Both the position numbers and the translations under genes were made by a program. From NCBI GenBank assembly GCA_000320545.1, contig ADNK01002664.1:1-64000 (forward strand): a stretch of 64,000 nucleotides of DNA, written 5' to 3'. Source of the DNA: Bigelowiella natans CCMP2755. Its lineage: Eukaryota > Protista > Cercozoa. Below the pieces are notes generated by a model. It saw only the letters and a program-made list of their open reading frames with translations, was not told where the DNA came from and searched no databases. Shown here piece by piece: positions 28,821 to 43,559 of this stretch. The stretch's first letter is position 1, and the number at the start of each line of letters is the position of its first letter.

Positions 28821-30001
28821 TATTGTAAAATTAATGAGTCTCAACAAACATATTGCTGTGGTTGTTATTATTAATATTTCCTATCCTCTCCTAACAGAAT
28901 ATTGTAGTAATCGATTTGGACACGATCGACCTTTCAAACCTCAATCGCCAGTTTTTGTTCAGAAAGTAGTACTAGTAGTAGTAGTAGTAGAAGAAGAAGA
29001 AGATGAAGTGTAGTAGTGTTGTAATTTGTGTGAAAGATGTGAAATTCGTAAAGATGTCCTCGTTATAATGCATAGATGTGGTGTGAATATATTTCTTTCA
29101 ATACGGAATGGTAGTAATCATCAGTAAATCGTGTCTTCATTTATTCGATTGTTTCTTACAGAAAAGATGTCGGCAAGGCCAAAGCTCAGGTTGCTGCTGA
29201 ATTCATCAAGAAGAGATGCAAAGGAGTCAACATTACCTGGCACTGCCAAAAGATTCAAGAATTCGATGACCAATTCTACAGGTTTTTCATTGTTGTTTTG
29301 CGTAGGCATGTTACCCAACATATCATACTACTTGTATTTCTAGAAGCTCTCTGTTTCACTTCTTCTCCATATGCCCTCTTCGATACTGAGAAAGGAAAAG
29401 CGAGAGAGGGAGAGGGAGAGGGAGAGGGAGAGGGAGAGAGAGAGAGAGGGAGGTCATGCTCGTTTTGAGGAAATGTGAGTTCCAAGATTTGTATTTTAAT
29501 TCACTACTGGTTGGTTAATGCTACGCACAGGCAATTTGATATCGTCATTGCAGGGCTCGACAACGTTAAAGCACGCTTATGGCTAAACTCAAAGTAGTAG
29601 TACCACAATGATATTCTTGATGCTGTGATTAGAAATAAAGGTTGATAGGAGGGGAGGAAGAGGAGGAAGAGAAGATGTGTGCTGAATGATCGTGCAGTTG
29701 TTTGAGATATACCCTTACGTGAACGAATTTTGTTGGAATCGTCGTCATCATGGTTATTATCACCATCACTACTATCACCATCAGATTATATTCACTGATC
29801 GAGTTTGATGAAGATGGAGAAGCAGATCCTGATACAATCATACCCCTTGTTGATGGGGGGAGTGAGGGATTTAAGGTGGTAGTAGTAGTAGTAGCATCAA
29901 CGTGTAGTAGCTTCCTTCCGCCGCATCAGGAGGGGGGAGGAGGAAATCATCACGCACTTACACACAAAGTGATACTAATGAGTATACTCATATTGGGTGC
30001 C

Positions 30002-30033
<32 letters not shown>

Positions 30034-32025
30034 CCTCCTGCTGCTTACTTACTTCTCTCAGGGCCAAGCTCGTGTATTTCTATATCCTTTCTATTCCTGT
30101 TTCGAGTGCAGTGCTGCGGATGTGAAGGAGGTGTTTGTTTGCCATCATCATTATCATCATCATCGTCATCGTCGTCATCGTCATCGTCGTCATCGTCGTC
30201 ATCGTCATCATCATCGCTTTGCTGCTTTTACTGCTCTCTACGTGACTAAAGAGGGAATGTTGGTTTATACGTGCAATATACACTGCTTCATGCACAATGA
30301 TAACCGCCGCGTCGTGTCTGAATAGGAACGTGCACGACAGTGTAAATCGGGCAGAACCTGATCGAAACACGATCCCCATGACAAAATCATCATATTTGAC
30401 ATTGCTGCCATTGCTGTTGTTGTTGTTATTCTCGTCGTTGTTATTGTGATGGTGGTGGTTGCAGGGTCCAAAATTCGAATTGTGCACTATTCGCAATACT
30501 CCCAGGATAGCCGAACATTGCATCGCTTATGCTTTAATCCTGCTTTGGCCAAGGCTTAAGGTGCGTGCTTGTGTGTGTGCGTGTGGCGGTGTAAGCAACA
30601 AGGAGCAATCAATCTCGTTATTATTGAGAACAAAGGATGAAGAGGAAGAGAAATGGCAGAAAAATATTTGAAAATATGTGCGACAAGCAGAGAGATATGC
30701 TGCCTTCTTATCATGCAGTTTCTTTTGTGCGTTCATGTGGAACAGACTGTGTATTTCTATCATGGATGTGTGTACCAGAGCATTGGCTTTAAATAGAGCC
30801 AGCAGCGATGTGATGATTCAAGAGAAACAGCAACGATGTCCTTTATCCACACTACGGCAAATTTTTGTCAGTCACACGAGATAAATCACTTAACTCATTC
30901 TTACATTATTTGCGTACTTCACCTCCCCCTCCTCACGATCGTTAGTCGCTAAAAAGTCACAAGGAATACGAAATGGTCCAGAAGAAGAAAAGTACCAGGA
31001 AAAAGAAAGAATTATGTGGAGATGATTCTAAGAGTATGGAAGTTGAGGAGGAGGAAGAGGAGGAGGGTGATACAGGTGCTGCTTTAGTTTTTTAGAAACA
31101 CCATTGTAGAAATCGAAGCAGTAGTACTCATCGTCAACTTGCAACCGTATTATTCACGCGTGAGATCATGTATAAGAGCCTTTCATCACTCAGCATAATT
31201 ATCATTCATCATCATCATTAGCCTCTGATTCTAAGATGCTTCCCAATGGCGTCAAGCTTGACAAAGTAAGCAGCACAACACACTTTCTTCTGCCTCCTCC
31301 TCCTCTTCCCCCTCCTCCTATCGTACAACGTGAGGTGTTGATACACACACTTGAGATCAATGAACCATCCATGATTTCGTCGGAACATCCTTGCAGCATG
31401 TCCTCCTCCTTCTCTCTTCCTCTTTTCCTCTCCTTCTTCCACCATCTATATGATAATACATTCTCTATCTCGCTTGTTGTTGTTGTTGTTGTTAATGTTG
31501 TTCTCGGCCACAGGACAACCCTGAGCACATGACGTGGGTGTATGAACGTGCAAAGGAGAGGGCCAACGAGGTACTACCATTATTGCGGCAGTACTACTAC
31601 TATACTACTACTATAGTAGTAGTAGTAGTAGTAGTAGTAGTTGTTGTTGTTGCAGTAATAGTTGATGAAGCATTGTGTAGGCCATAGCCTTCATCATCAT
31701 CACCACCCTCATCACCCTCATCATCATCATCACCATCATCATCATTATTGTAGTTCAACATCGAGGGCGTAACGTACAACCTCACCATGCAATTTGTCAA
31801 AAACATCATCCCGGTAAAAGAGCTCATTATCTGTAGCATTAACTAATATCAGTAGTAGTAGTAGTAGTAGTAGTAGCAGCAGTAGCAATGCTACACGTAT
31901 CATCATGTAATTGTCAGGGGGCAAACCACCGTCAGGGCCAAATCATATATTACTGATGTTAATGCGAAATGACAGAGCTATGATGATGATGATGATGATG
32001 ATGGTGATAATGATGCGAACAACCT

Positions 32026-32060
<35 letters not shown>

Positions 32061-32492
32061 TTATGAAAGACTTTATTCGTTGAATTCTTGGAATAATACT
32101 TATAGCAGCACAGACATTGATTGGATTGGGTGTGTGTGTGTCGTATCTTTGCATACATATGCTGCTCATCCTCCTCTCACACTCCGCCATCGTTGCATTG
32201 CATTTATCCCTCAACCACCAGGCAATAGCAAGTACCAACGCTCTCATCTCTGCTGCCTGCACGAACGAGGTCATGCTGGGTGGGGAGGGGGGGTGAGGGG
32301 GGGGGGTTGATAAAGAAGACTGATGATGGTATATGTGCCCAGCAATCACCATCATCAACATCATTCATCATTCATCATCATCATCATCATCATCAACTAA
32401 AGGCCATAAAGTATCTGATGTTCTCTGCGCCCATAATGGATGGCTACTTCTACTACAACGGCCAGGTAGGTTATTCTTCATGTGTACTATCT

Positions 32493-32529
<37 letters not shown>

Positions 32530-32742
32530 ACTCTTAATTCATTTGATGAGGGGGTGAGAGAGGAAAGAAAGTAGCGAGAGAACATTAGAGGGAGGAGAGG
32601 CATATGAGTCGAGTAATGGTAGCAGTAAATGTGGTGATGATGTTAGTAAGATATGGATTATTTGATCACGAACGAGTACTTTTGTGCTACTACTACACTT
32701 GTTATCTGAGCTTAGAGCATCACCAGACTTTCATCGATGTAA

Positions 32743-32820
<78 letters not shown>

Positions 32821-32946
32821 CGGCACCAATTTTGCCAGTTGATAGCCCTCCTAATAGTGATTCCTTCGTGTTCTTCAACGATTAACAGGGAGGGGCGTAT
32901 TCACGTACATTTGCATACGAAAAGAACCCTGATTGCTTCACATGTG

Positions 32947-32982
<36 letters not shown>

Positions 32983-33997
32983 CTAGTTTGTGCTTTAGAA
33001 GTGGTAATAGTAGTAGTGGTGGTGGTGGTGGTGGTGGTGGTGGTAGTAAAGAGGGAGGATGGAATGTAGTGTTCAATGTTATCCATTCTTTGGCAAGGAG
33101 CAGCTGCATATTTTCCAGTTGTTGTAAAGAGTTTCTGCACTATTAGCACTGATCGTCTAATTCCCTTCTTCTTCTTCTTCTTCTTCTTCTTCTTCTTCTT
33201 TCTCCTCCTCTTCCACCTCCTCAGGAAGCCACAATCTAAACGTTGCACTCAAGGCTGCTGAGGGCACTATTGGAGACTTAAAACAAGATTTGGAGAATAA
33301 GTAGGCAGCGTACAGCGTGTAGTAGTAGTAGTAGCAGCAGCAGCAGCAGCAGCACAGAACTATACAAATCGTATAGTAGCCCTTTTCTTTGTGATATGTA
33401 CATAAATCAGTGTCGTTGATAACAATGGTTGACAAATGATCATCAATAATGAAATCAGATACAAGCTGGAAATAAAGGCCTTTTTCACGACAGAGAGCAA
33501 GACTTTGTGGAATCGTTTCTCTGGCGCGGTAATATGCGCCGTTTTATCCTCTCACATGGGCATGAACTGGCAGTCACCTCTATCTTTCAATGCCGTTGTA
33601 AACATGATTGATGACATCATCGATGTGTAGCGTCAGTTCTTAATGCCTTGTTTCTCATTGTTTTTCTACAACACGCCTCTTTATCATCTTCGTTATAACA
33701 ATCATCGCCATTACTCTTTCTTTCTGCTCTCAGGAGGCTTTGAATACAAAACTTTCCGAGGCCATCCCTAAGACAGATGCGAAGATTATAATGATGGCAA
33801 AGAATGACGGGTAATCCTGTTTGTTGTGCGATCATATGAAGTCCTCCATCACCTCTCATTGTGTACATTTCAAATAATTCGTTCGGCATATTAAGACTCA
33901 TAATGCCCTATTCTTCCCGCCCTATTTTTGCTTTTAACTTGATGATTTTAGAGCTGCGAAGCCGTCCAAGTTCACTCTGAACATTCGTTTTGAATAA
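27849..33997 (+). CDS. UBA3: NEDD8-activating enzyme E1 catalytic subunit
   Basis: VGAGGLGCEILKNLALSG, IDLDTIDLSNLNRQFLFR, GLDNVKARLWLN, IPLVDGGSEGFKGQAR, catalytic [62 protein letters not shown]. Confidence 0.95.
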
Positions 33998-34912
33998 GAG
34001 GTGTAGCTTCAGGCTGCACCGATTGACGATGTAGTAGCTAGTATATGCTAGTGCAATTTAGCAATGTAACTAAATTACTATTATAAACATAGCATGCCTC
34101 TGAATTAGAATAAGAACGCAGGGGAGAACGCAGTGGTAACGCATGTACATATCTAGACATCAAGCGAAGCTGCTGTGGTAGCGCATAATGCGCGTAGCCA
34201 GCCATGCGCTTATTTTAGCTTTCTAGCGAGCCTGCTTTACTCGTAGCTAGCAGCAGCTGCTTAGCTTGCCTCATTTAACTAACTACTTGCGCATCCTAGT
34301 ATTTCATACTTACATTTATATAGCGCAGCTATGCCAGCATGCTATGGTATGCAGTAGTAGCTTTCAAGTGCCATATGAAGCACTAAAACGTCAATCCGCC
34401 TTACATTAATTCACGTTAGGAGACAAAGTGGATGATATTCAATCATTCGCTGCACAGCATGCATGTTTCTAGTACTGCTGCGATGTAATCCATGCCTAAT
34501 AGATGCATGGCCATAGGTAAATATGTAGCAATGAACAGTACCTCGACCAGACTTACATCGGATTACACACAGGATTATTATGCGTATATATGAATGTCTA
34601 TGTCGTAGCAAAAATGCCTTCAAAAAATACCTTCTTGCATTTGGCATCTATTTGAATTTCCAAAACTTTATATTGGTATGCTCCCACTTCAATTTGGCTT
34701 AGCTGCAGAAATGTTGATCACGGTAAAAGTGGAAGAACACTTCAAGCTTATCGTCGAATGCAATATACGTCACAAACTGATACTACTTGATATCTGCATA
34801 ACTCTTCTTAAAACTGCTCAACGGGACCGATCTAGATGCACACCATCGTCACAAAGTGTATGGCAGCGGCACTTTCACTGCTATCTGAGCTCAGCCCTCC
34901 TCCTCCTCCTCC

Positions 34913-35011
34913 CTAGACCTTAGGGAATATGCCTTGATCCTGATTGTCGTTATACTGTGCTTTAGATTTGAGTTGTATAATAATGAAGATGAACACCATA
35001 GTACTGGCCAC

Positions 35012-35058
<47 letters not shown>

Positions 35059-35691
35059 TGGTATTATTTCACCATCGTGTTATTGTTTCAATTCAAGCAC
35101 CTGCATGAACTTAAGTTGTTCCTCCAGCAACTCCTTCGTCACCTTTTGATTAGTGTTGGTGATGATGATGATAGTGATGATAATGATGATGATGATAGTG
35201 ATGACAATGATGATGACGATGATGCCTTCAACTTCTGCATGATCCACAACCATCACAAATCAAATCATTCAATACCTTTGGGTGTGTATATTTGAAGCCT
35301 TCATCCTTTTCAATTGCACCGCCATCGATGCATAATCCCTGTGTGCGTGTGTGTGCAGAGAGAAAGAAGACAACAACACGACAGCAGCACAAGACAAGGA
35401 ATTATACTCGCATATACTGATGATTTTGGGAAAGTTGCATGTCCTGCTGCCGTGTTAGTCATCTCATAGAGTAGCAAGCATGAGAGCAAACCTTGTTCTT
35501 TAGCACTTCCTTGTCAAGATAGGGTGATATTGGAGTGTTGAAGATCTTTTGCTCCTACCAGCGGCACAACGCACGCAACGATGCAATACGAACATAAACA
35601 GCAGCATAACAAGGCGCTTGGCTTAATTAAATAAATTACAGGAGCACACACACACACACACACACAACACACACACACAACACACACACAC

Positions 35692-35728
<37 letters not shown>

Positions 35729-36052
35729 CTACAACTCATAAACTCATGACAAATAATTGCCTCCCCCTCTCCCTCCTTAACACACACACGCATACAAACA
35801 CACGCATACAAACACACCTGGCAGATTTCTGTGAAAGCGGGAACATGACGTTCATTGACGCTGTTTACAACCCGATCGAGCATCATCTGCAGAGGAGAAG
35901 AAGGGGTAGGTAACAACAGCAGCAATCAGTGAAAAAGCAGCAGCCTCACACCTTCTCTTCCTTAGGCCGCTATTGCGGTGGTGGATATTGTTGTGAGTGT
36001 TCAACACATGCAGCAGTAGCAGCCCATTATTCATCCTTTCTTTCTTTCCAGC

Positions 36053-36096
<44 letters not shown>

Positions 36097-36152
36097 GCTG
36101 CTGCTTTGCTGGCCATCCATCCCATGAACGCAGTCTTAACCTGTTACCATGT

Positions 36153-36185
<33 letters not shown>

Positions 36186-36809
36186 GCGATTGGTGGTGAC
36201 GATGGATGATGACGTCAAGACCTATCAGTCAGGAAATGCATTGTCCTTGGTTGTGTCGTGGGACAAGCATCCAAGGTACACAAGCATCATCGATGTTTTG
36301 GAGTGTTTTTTAGATTCCCGTTTCAAAATCACCACGCTTTTGGATATTTTAGTATTAGACTGAAATTCGTGCATCATCATCATTGTCATCACCATCATCA
36401 TCATGTATACGCAATAATACCTCAAAGATATCTCCAATGAGGCCATTCACAAGGCCCTGAATAATGAATAATAAAAGGTGTATTTAGTAGGTAGTAGCTT
36501 CATTTGAGCTGCATTTATGCTTATCCTTTTCCAAGTTGTATGGCCGATGTATAAAGCACGAACAGCACAAGCAACACACGTTCTTTTCATATAAAATGGC
36601 ATCGAAAAAATAATGGGCGCCGCATGGGTTGTAAGGGTACCTGATCGGAGTTGCCTTTATCGGATACATTGTAAGTTGACCTGCGCACGTAAATAACCAC
36701 AACACACACACACACGCACACACACACACACATACACACACAATGCACATACAAACGTGTCACATTTACACAAGTTTAGGCATGGGCATGAGATCCATCG
36801 CATAATCCC

Positions 36810-36845
<36 letters not shown>

Positions 36846-37768
36846 TTTCATCTTTATCAATATCATCATATTCGTTGTCGTTATCTTCCATACTTTAGTG
36901 CACGTTCTCTGTTACAAGTGGTGTTTTATGGTATTATTGATGAAATGAGGTGATGAAATGATGTATAATGATATGGTGAAAAGGCTTGCAATCGCCGATA
37001 GCTCTACTACTACTCCTACTGCTACTACTCCTACTGCTACTACTACCCAGGCTTTATCTTCTTGCAAGCTAATTCAATGGATCGACACATGTCTTGCACG
37101 TGTACCTTAAAAGATGATGATGATCAAATCATGTTGTTCATAACCGAAATACAAGGGGAGAAACATAATAATAAATAGGAATAACAATAATTATAATAAT
37201 AGTAATAATAATAACAATAATAATAATAATAATAATAAAGTACTTCATCGGTGAGATACCCGTCGTTTCCGCTACACAACTTGAATTCTGTTTGCTTATT
37301 TAATTACCGTGTTAAGCTTCAATCCCGCAACCCAGAGGAACTTCATCACCTTCATGGATACAAAATAGGAGGCATTGTTATTCATTACATCGTTATCTGA
37401 AATCTAATCATAATCATCATCATCATTATTATATGGTTTGCATGATCATTCCATTAAGGAGAGCTTTGCTTCGTGACTTTTCAGTGATATAGGTGTTAGC
37501 ACGATGACAAAAGCTGCAGCAGCAGCATCCCATTATTGTGTGTATATAAGCTGCAGACGTAATCATAAACACACGAAGATACATGTCCTGCAAATATGCT
37601 ATACACAGGGAGGACGAGGAGGAGGAAGAAGAAGAAACATATTTAGATACAATTCAGACAAACACACAAGCACAACCTCCTTTTCCTGCTTATACACAGG
37701 CGCGACTGCCATTCTAGGAGCTGAGAGAAGAGGGGAAGAGAGAAAGATAGAGAGAGATTCGCAGCAAT

Positions 37769-37803
<35 letters not shown>

Positions 37804-38278
37804 AAGCAATAACAACGCTTATACGCACATTCAAGAAGTAAGCACATCTAGAGAACAAATGTACGATAAGGAGATATCACCGTCATCATCATCATCATCA
37901 TGATCATCATCATCATCGTCGTCGTTGTCATACTTAGCCCCATCTTATCTCCTTTTCCATAGACGATTGCTGGACGTAGAATCACGACTGGAAGTCCATC
38001 AACCTTTTCACGTCATCACCAATCATTTAAAGGAACATGCAGCAGCAGCAGTGAAGAATAATATGTGTGCGCATACTTGCCTCTACTACCACCAGCAGCA
38101 CTACCTTTGTTAGTGTGTAATTGTTTAGTATCAAATAATCATGTTATTACCGATGCTACTTTCTTCTCAGCTTCAAGACGGCATTTGGCGATCTTGTGAT
38201 AATAATGGTATAGTCAACACAACAACATCATTTACTACATTTTGATGGTACTCTTCCCCACAAATACACCACACACAA

Positions 38279-38326
<48 letters not shown>

Positions 38327-38393
38327 GATAATATACCGCCGTCCAGGGATCTAATTTAGCCTTCTCATCGCTCGGTTTCTGTGAGTAATCATG

Positions 38394-38431
<38 letters not shown>

Positions 38432-39564
38432 CAAATAATATTTGAGTAGGGTCCATGGAAAGTAGTGTTGTTTTTGTTGTTTCCTCCTCAATTGTTTGAT
38501 TTCGTTGGCTCTTTTGTCGAGTGGGTGGATCATTAATAATACCTTGGAGTTCTCCTTGTACACATGAGCTGTGGAAACTTCAATCCATTTCTTCACACCC
38601 ATCTTCGCAGCAGCCTATCAACAGAATAATAACTCAATCATCGTCATCATCATCATCACGTTCCTGCACAACCTTCGCACATTTCTCTGCTGGGGTGACG
38701 ATACGCAACTGATAGTCCTTCTCGCTCATTGCCTACATGTTTATTTATGTGTGTGTGTGTGTGTGTGCGTGTGTGTGTGTGTACGCGTAGGCATGGCCAT
38801 TCAATTTTTTTAGGTAAAATTGTGATGGAACAATGTTGATCCTGAGGAATGATTCAATCGAAGCTTTAGAACAGAAGAACAACATTTTGCGCGTGTTTGT
38901 TTGGAAAGCTACAGTGTAGCCCATTACGTTATTTACAATGTACAGGCTGTTTCCTGCAAAAAGGCTAAATATGAAGGTGACATACCGAGCGAGTTTCTCC
39001 ACAAAGATTGATTACATAATCAACCTTCTCGGCGAACGCTTTCTTCACATGAGCTGGATATAAGATCATACTAAGTCAACAACGATAATTTATTGGCGTT
39101 TTATACTAGAACGGCATACTGATTCAATCAGTTTATACAACGTGTTTTGAAGAAGCACTAATCAATGCAGATATTATTCATCATGAAACGATTTGGTAAT
39201 GGTCTCTCTTATAATTACGATCTTGCGCCAGATCGGTTTGGTAGAACTTGACGAGATCCTTATCTTTGAATGCTTTCTGAAGAAGAGTGAGTGGCAGAAA
39301 AGTAGGTATATGTTGAAGCATTAGTTATGGCTATATTAAAAAAGTGAGTGCTCATACATCTTGACTATCATCGTTAACATATATGTGCTGACTGTTGTGA
39401 CACAAACCTGATGATCCTCGTGCATGTACGCCATCGAGTACATCTTCTTGTCGGCGACATAGATCTAATTTTTTATTTGATATACACATCAGAATAAGGC
39501 GTATCGTGTGTAACCAAACTCTTACTTGTTGGTCGTTTGTACATGTGCGTGTGGTTCTCTTTCG

Positions 39565-39649
<85 letters not shown>

Positions 39650-40201
39650 ATTGTGAGACCTTTGATGCTAGCTTTTGCTCTGCAAGATATTGCACAAGAT
39701 TCCGGCCTATGAAACCAGTACCCCCTGGAGGTGGCAATACATGCAGCGACAAGTAGTTAGTTATTCGAGGAGGAGGAGGAGCAGGAGGAGGAGCAGGAGG
39801 AGGAGCAGGAGGAGGAGAAGGAGGAGGAGAAGGAGGAGGAGAAGGAAACAACAACAATAACAACGAAGATTGTGATGTGGAGAGGGGTGATAGTTGCAAT
39901 GTGGATAGTGGTGGAGAAATTGATGGACATCAAAATTAGCCTCTCCGCTAAACATGCTTGAAAGGGAGGGAATATCGTCGGTGTTTAGATTTGACCAAGT
40001 ATCAGATATGTGCTTTTCTCTCCCTGATTATACAACGAAGGAGAAGGGGGGGAGAGGAGAAGGAGGAGGAGGAGGGGAGGAGAACAGTAGAAGCACGGCA
40101 ATATTAGGACATAATAATGACACATGCCTTGTGCGAGTGCCTTTACACATTCTGTCTTCGGGTTAGAGTCGCAGAGGGTATGGAAGGACCTGATCCGTCA
40201 T
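34913..40201 (-). CDS. NAD(P)-dependent epimerase/dehydratase family protein (atypical SDR)
   Basis: YLILGGTGFIGRNLVQYL Rossmann motif, IYVADK, YVINLCGETR, KWIEVSTAHVY, DPWTAIAKCRLEAEK; ends DQGIFPKV*. Confidence 0.88.
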
Positions 40202-40552
40202 GGTCGCTGTAACAGGTGATGTGGATTGATGATGAGGCTCTCTCTGCGGCGCTGATCTGCTCGACACCACTGGGATACTACGAAAAAATCGAATCTACGA
40301 TATTTAGGAATTATTTTATACGAAATATATCTAAATCAAATAGACATAGATGAAATCGAGAAAACTCTACCTCGAGTAAGGATCTGTGACTATCGAGATA
40401 ATGAAACTGGAATGTAGGGTATTCTATCGATTAAAAAATAATCGATACGACATCCCTCCTCACTAGAAATATCTCCTAATACGAGGGCGGACCAGGGAAA
40501 TTCCGCCCATCAAGTTAAATTTAGAAAATTTGCTCGATGTTTTATTGTCGCA

Positions 40553-41712
40553 ATGAATAATTCAGAAGCGTTGAATTCTGTAGTCCGTTTACGACGCTAC
40601 GCCGGTTTTAGCGTACGCAATGCCGGCTAATCGTTCACTCAACGAGGCACAACAGCAAAAACAACAACGCAAACGCACATTCGTTTCAGGATTCAAATCA
40701 GACCTTCGAACATCTAAAAGTAATTGCCGTTTTTGTTCTTTTTCCTTACAAATCCCTGTAGGTTCTTAAGCAGGATTTGAATAATGATATTTTCTTTGGT
40801 AATTATGTCGATGTATTTCTGACAGAAACTTTTAGTAGTGTCCCATTACTCGAGCACAGATGGAAGCAGGAGCCCGTCGTCAGGTCCCCCCCCTCAATCG
40901 AAACCCCCGCCCCTTCTCGAACACAAAATTTTCAAATTATCTTGATTAACGCATCTTGAATCGACAGCAGAAGATAGGGCGCGAAGAATACAGCCTCATG
41001 TTGAAAGTTGTTGCTTGTTTTCCATGCACTGTTGTCAGACTACCTCCTCTGCTCAGGAACGGAAAGAGGGGAAGGATGGAGCTGAGGCGGTCGTTAAGGG
41101 TGGTGTTAAGACTGCAAATGGAAAGGAATTTGCTCCTCTATCAACTGAGGAATGCCTTGAGCTTCTCCATAAACAAATCAAAGTTGACCATTCTGGCCTG
41201 TGTTCGTTGTCTACGTAACTTCATTCCATTTGCCTTTAAAGCCAACTTTACTTTGGCTTAGTGATGAGTGCTTCTGCTGTTGTTATTCAATGGCAGCTAT
41301 ACAGTTAGTGTGGCTGTGGGATGTTCCCAAGGCCTGCCCTATGCATGTTTATTGAAAGCAGCGTGCGATGAATACGTGCGATGAATAAAATCAATTAAAT
41401 GTTGTTGATCAGATCGGGGAAGCAGATCAGCAATTGAGAGATGAGGTTCTGGTTCCTGAGAGCTTGGGTGTGCAGCCGAGCGAGGTAGTGAGTCTCTTAT
41501 TCTCTTATACGACGAAGATTGCGAGATTAAATATGAAGTCCCCAAAAGAAGTTTAGATAGCAGCAGCTATGTGTCACCATGTCGGAAAAATAACCATAAC
41601 ATTCATTCAGGAGGAGGTTTACCAAAAGTTGCAAAAGAAGTTCGGTGATGAGGGGCTCACACATCATCAGAGAATTGAGCTCACAAGGGCCTATAGAGGG
41701 TCTGTAGTTGCC

Positions 41713-41762
<50 letters not shown>

Positions 41763-42839
41763 TGTTTGAATAGTGATTCTTAGCATCGTTATTATCATCT
41801 CTCAGCATTTCCGAGAAGGAGCTGTTGGAAGGTAAAAATTGAAAGATATTCGAATGAATATCCTCCGTTTGCAATGAAGGACACAACATTTTGGAGCCCT
41901 GTTGTAGTAGTATTCACTTATTTCCTGATCAAAATCGTATTGGAAAGGAAGGACCGCTAGTCAGCCCCACTTTTGCAACACTATTCTATCAATTTACCCC
42001 TCATTCTCTTCCTCATCCCGACTTTCAATGATGCCTTAGGAGCAAGTACTCTCTCCAAATGGAATTTAGAAATTGGGTACAAGATTCTTGATACAAAGAT
42101 CAGTAGTGAAGGTAATTTAAGTTGTTGAAAAGTTGTTGTGTGTTGAACTTCAAACTACCCATGCTCTTTGTTATTGTTTATAAGTGCAAAGCGGTTATCT
42201 TTCTATGAATGACTCTGCATGATGATGATGTTGATGTTGATGACATAATGGCAAAGAAGATTATGGTGGTCTTTAAAAATCATACGAGGAATCCTTTGTA
42301 ATGTATAGTGTGTGTGTGTGTGTGTGCGCGCGCGCGTGCACTTTGGTATCATTTGTTTGATTCAGATGAAAAGTTCAATCTTTGCATGCCAGAGACCTTC
42401 CACGGTGAGTGAGCTGCTGATTCGAAGCAGAAGATGTGCAATACACCTAACAACATAACGATGATGACACATCACATGTTCTGCTGCTGCGGCGCATATA
42501 TTATATTTACTGTAATGTAAACTACCACCACCACCCATCGTCGTTTATTTGTCCATTCGTTGCAGGGACCGACAACTTTGGCCATCCGGTGACATTTCTG
42601 CGTCTATCGGAACTTAAGGTGCTTGTGATGCATATGCATGAGCTGCTTGTTGTTGTCACATAGTAGGATGGGTGCATAGGAGGGGTTGCTGAGTAGTAAT
42701 CAATCAATCCTCGTATATGCGGATTGTAGCCAGACAACTGAAAGCACCGCCAATGGTGCTTGTCTTCTTGCCAGAAGGCGATGTGTTGTTATTATGAATA
42801 TGATTATAGTACAGGACAAATACCATCAGTCTATGTTCT

Positions 42840-42874
<35 letters not shown>

Positions 42875-43525
42875 ATAACATTTTTTTAAGATATATGATG
42901 AGTTCTTTGTGTGGCTGGTGCTGCCTATGATTTATGCGGCGGCCATGTGTCAGAGTGTACACAGCCTCCCCTCTCCTCACACACACACACGCACGCACAC
43001 GTACATATATTGTTACAAATGCACACGTTATGTGAGAGATTATATCTTGATTGGTAAAACTTATTTCCAAAGCTTCTTATTCCATCTCGAAGCTACTACC
43101 GTGCCACTAGTAAAATACGACAGATGGTTAATGTTATTATTATCGTATCTGATTGGCTATTCCTTCCTCCTCCTCTTCCAACAACGCCATCATCAATGAC
43201 AACAGCTAAAGGACCTTAGAAAGCAGTTCAAAAAGCCTTCCGATGTATGTACTAAACACTGCAATGCAGCAGCAGCATTTTTACATTGTATGTAGTAGCG
43301 CGTGGACACGAGAAAGGGCGAAGAAGAAGATTTGCATATGTAGAGATTTTATACAATTTATAAATGAGTATTATATGACATACATAGTAATATAGTCGTC
43401 ACTAAAATAGTGCTTCAATTATGTGTTTGATGGTGTGTAGGTTAATAAGCCATTTTCCCGTACGCTGGGGTCTATCAGGATGGTCAAGGAAGCTATCTCA
43501 TCACACCTAGGGTGTGCTGTGTGTG

Positions 43526-43559
<34 letters not shown>

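Noticed and set aside
4529-39955. Dozens of short ORFs with poly-CV, HT, YI, LS, I, M, H runs
   Set aside because: Translations of intronic microsatellites, not proteins
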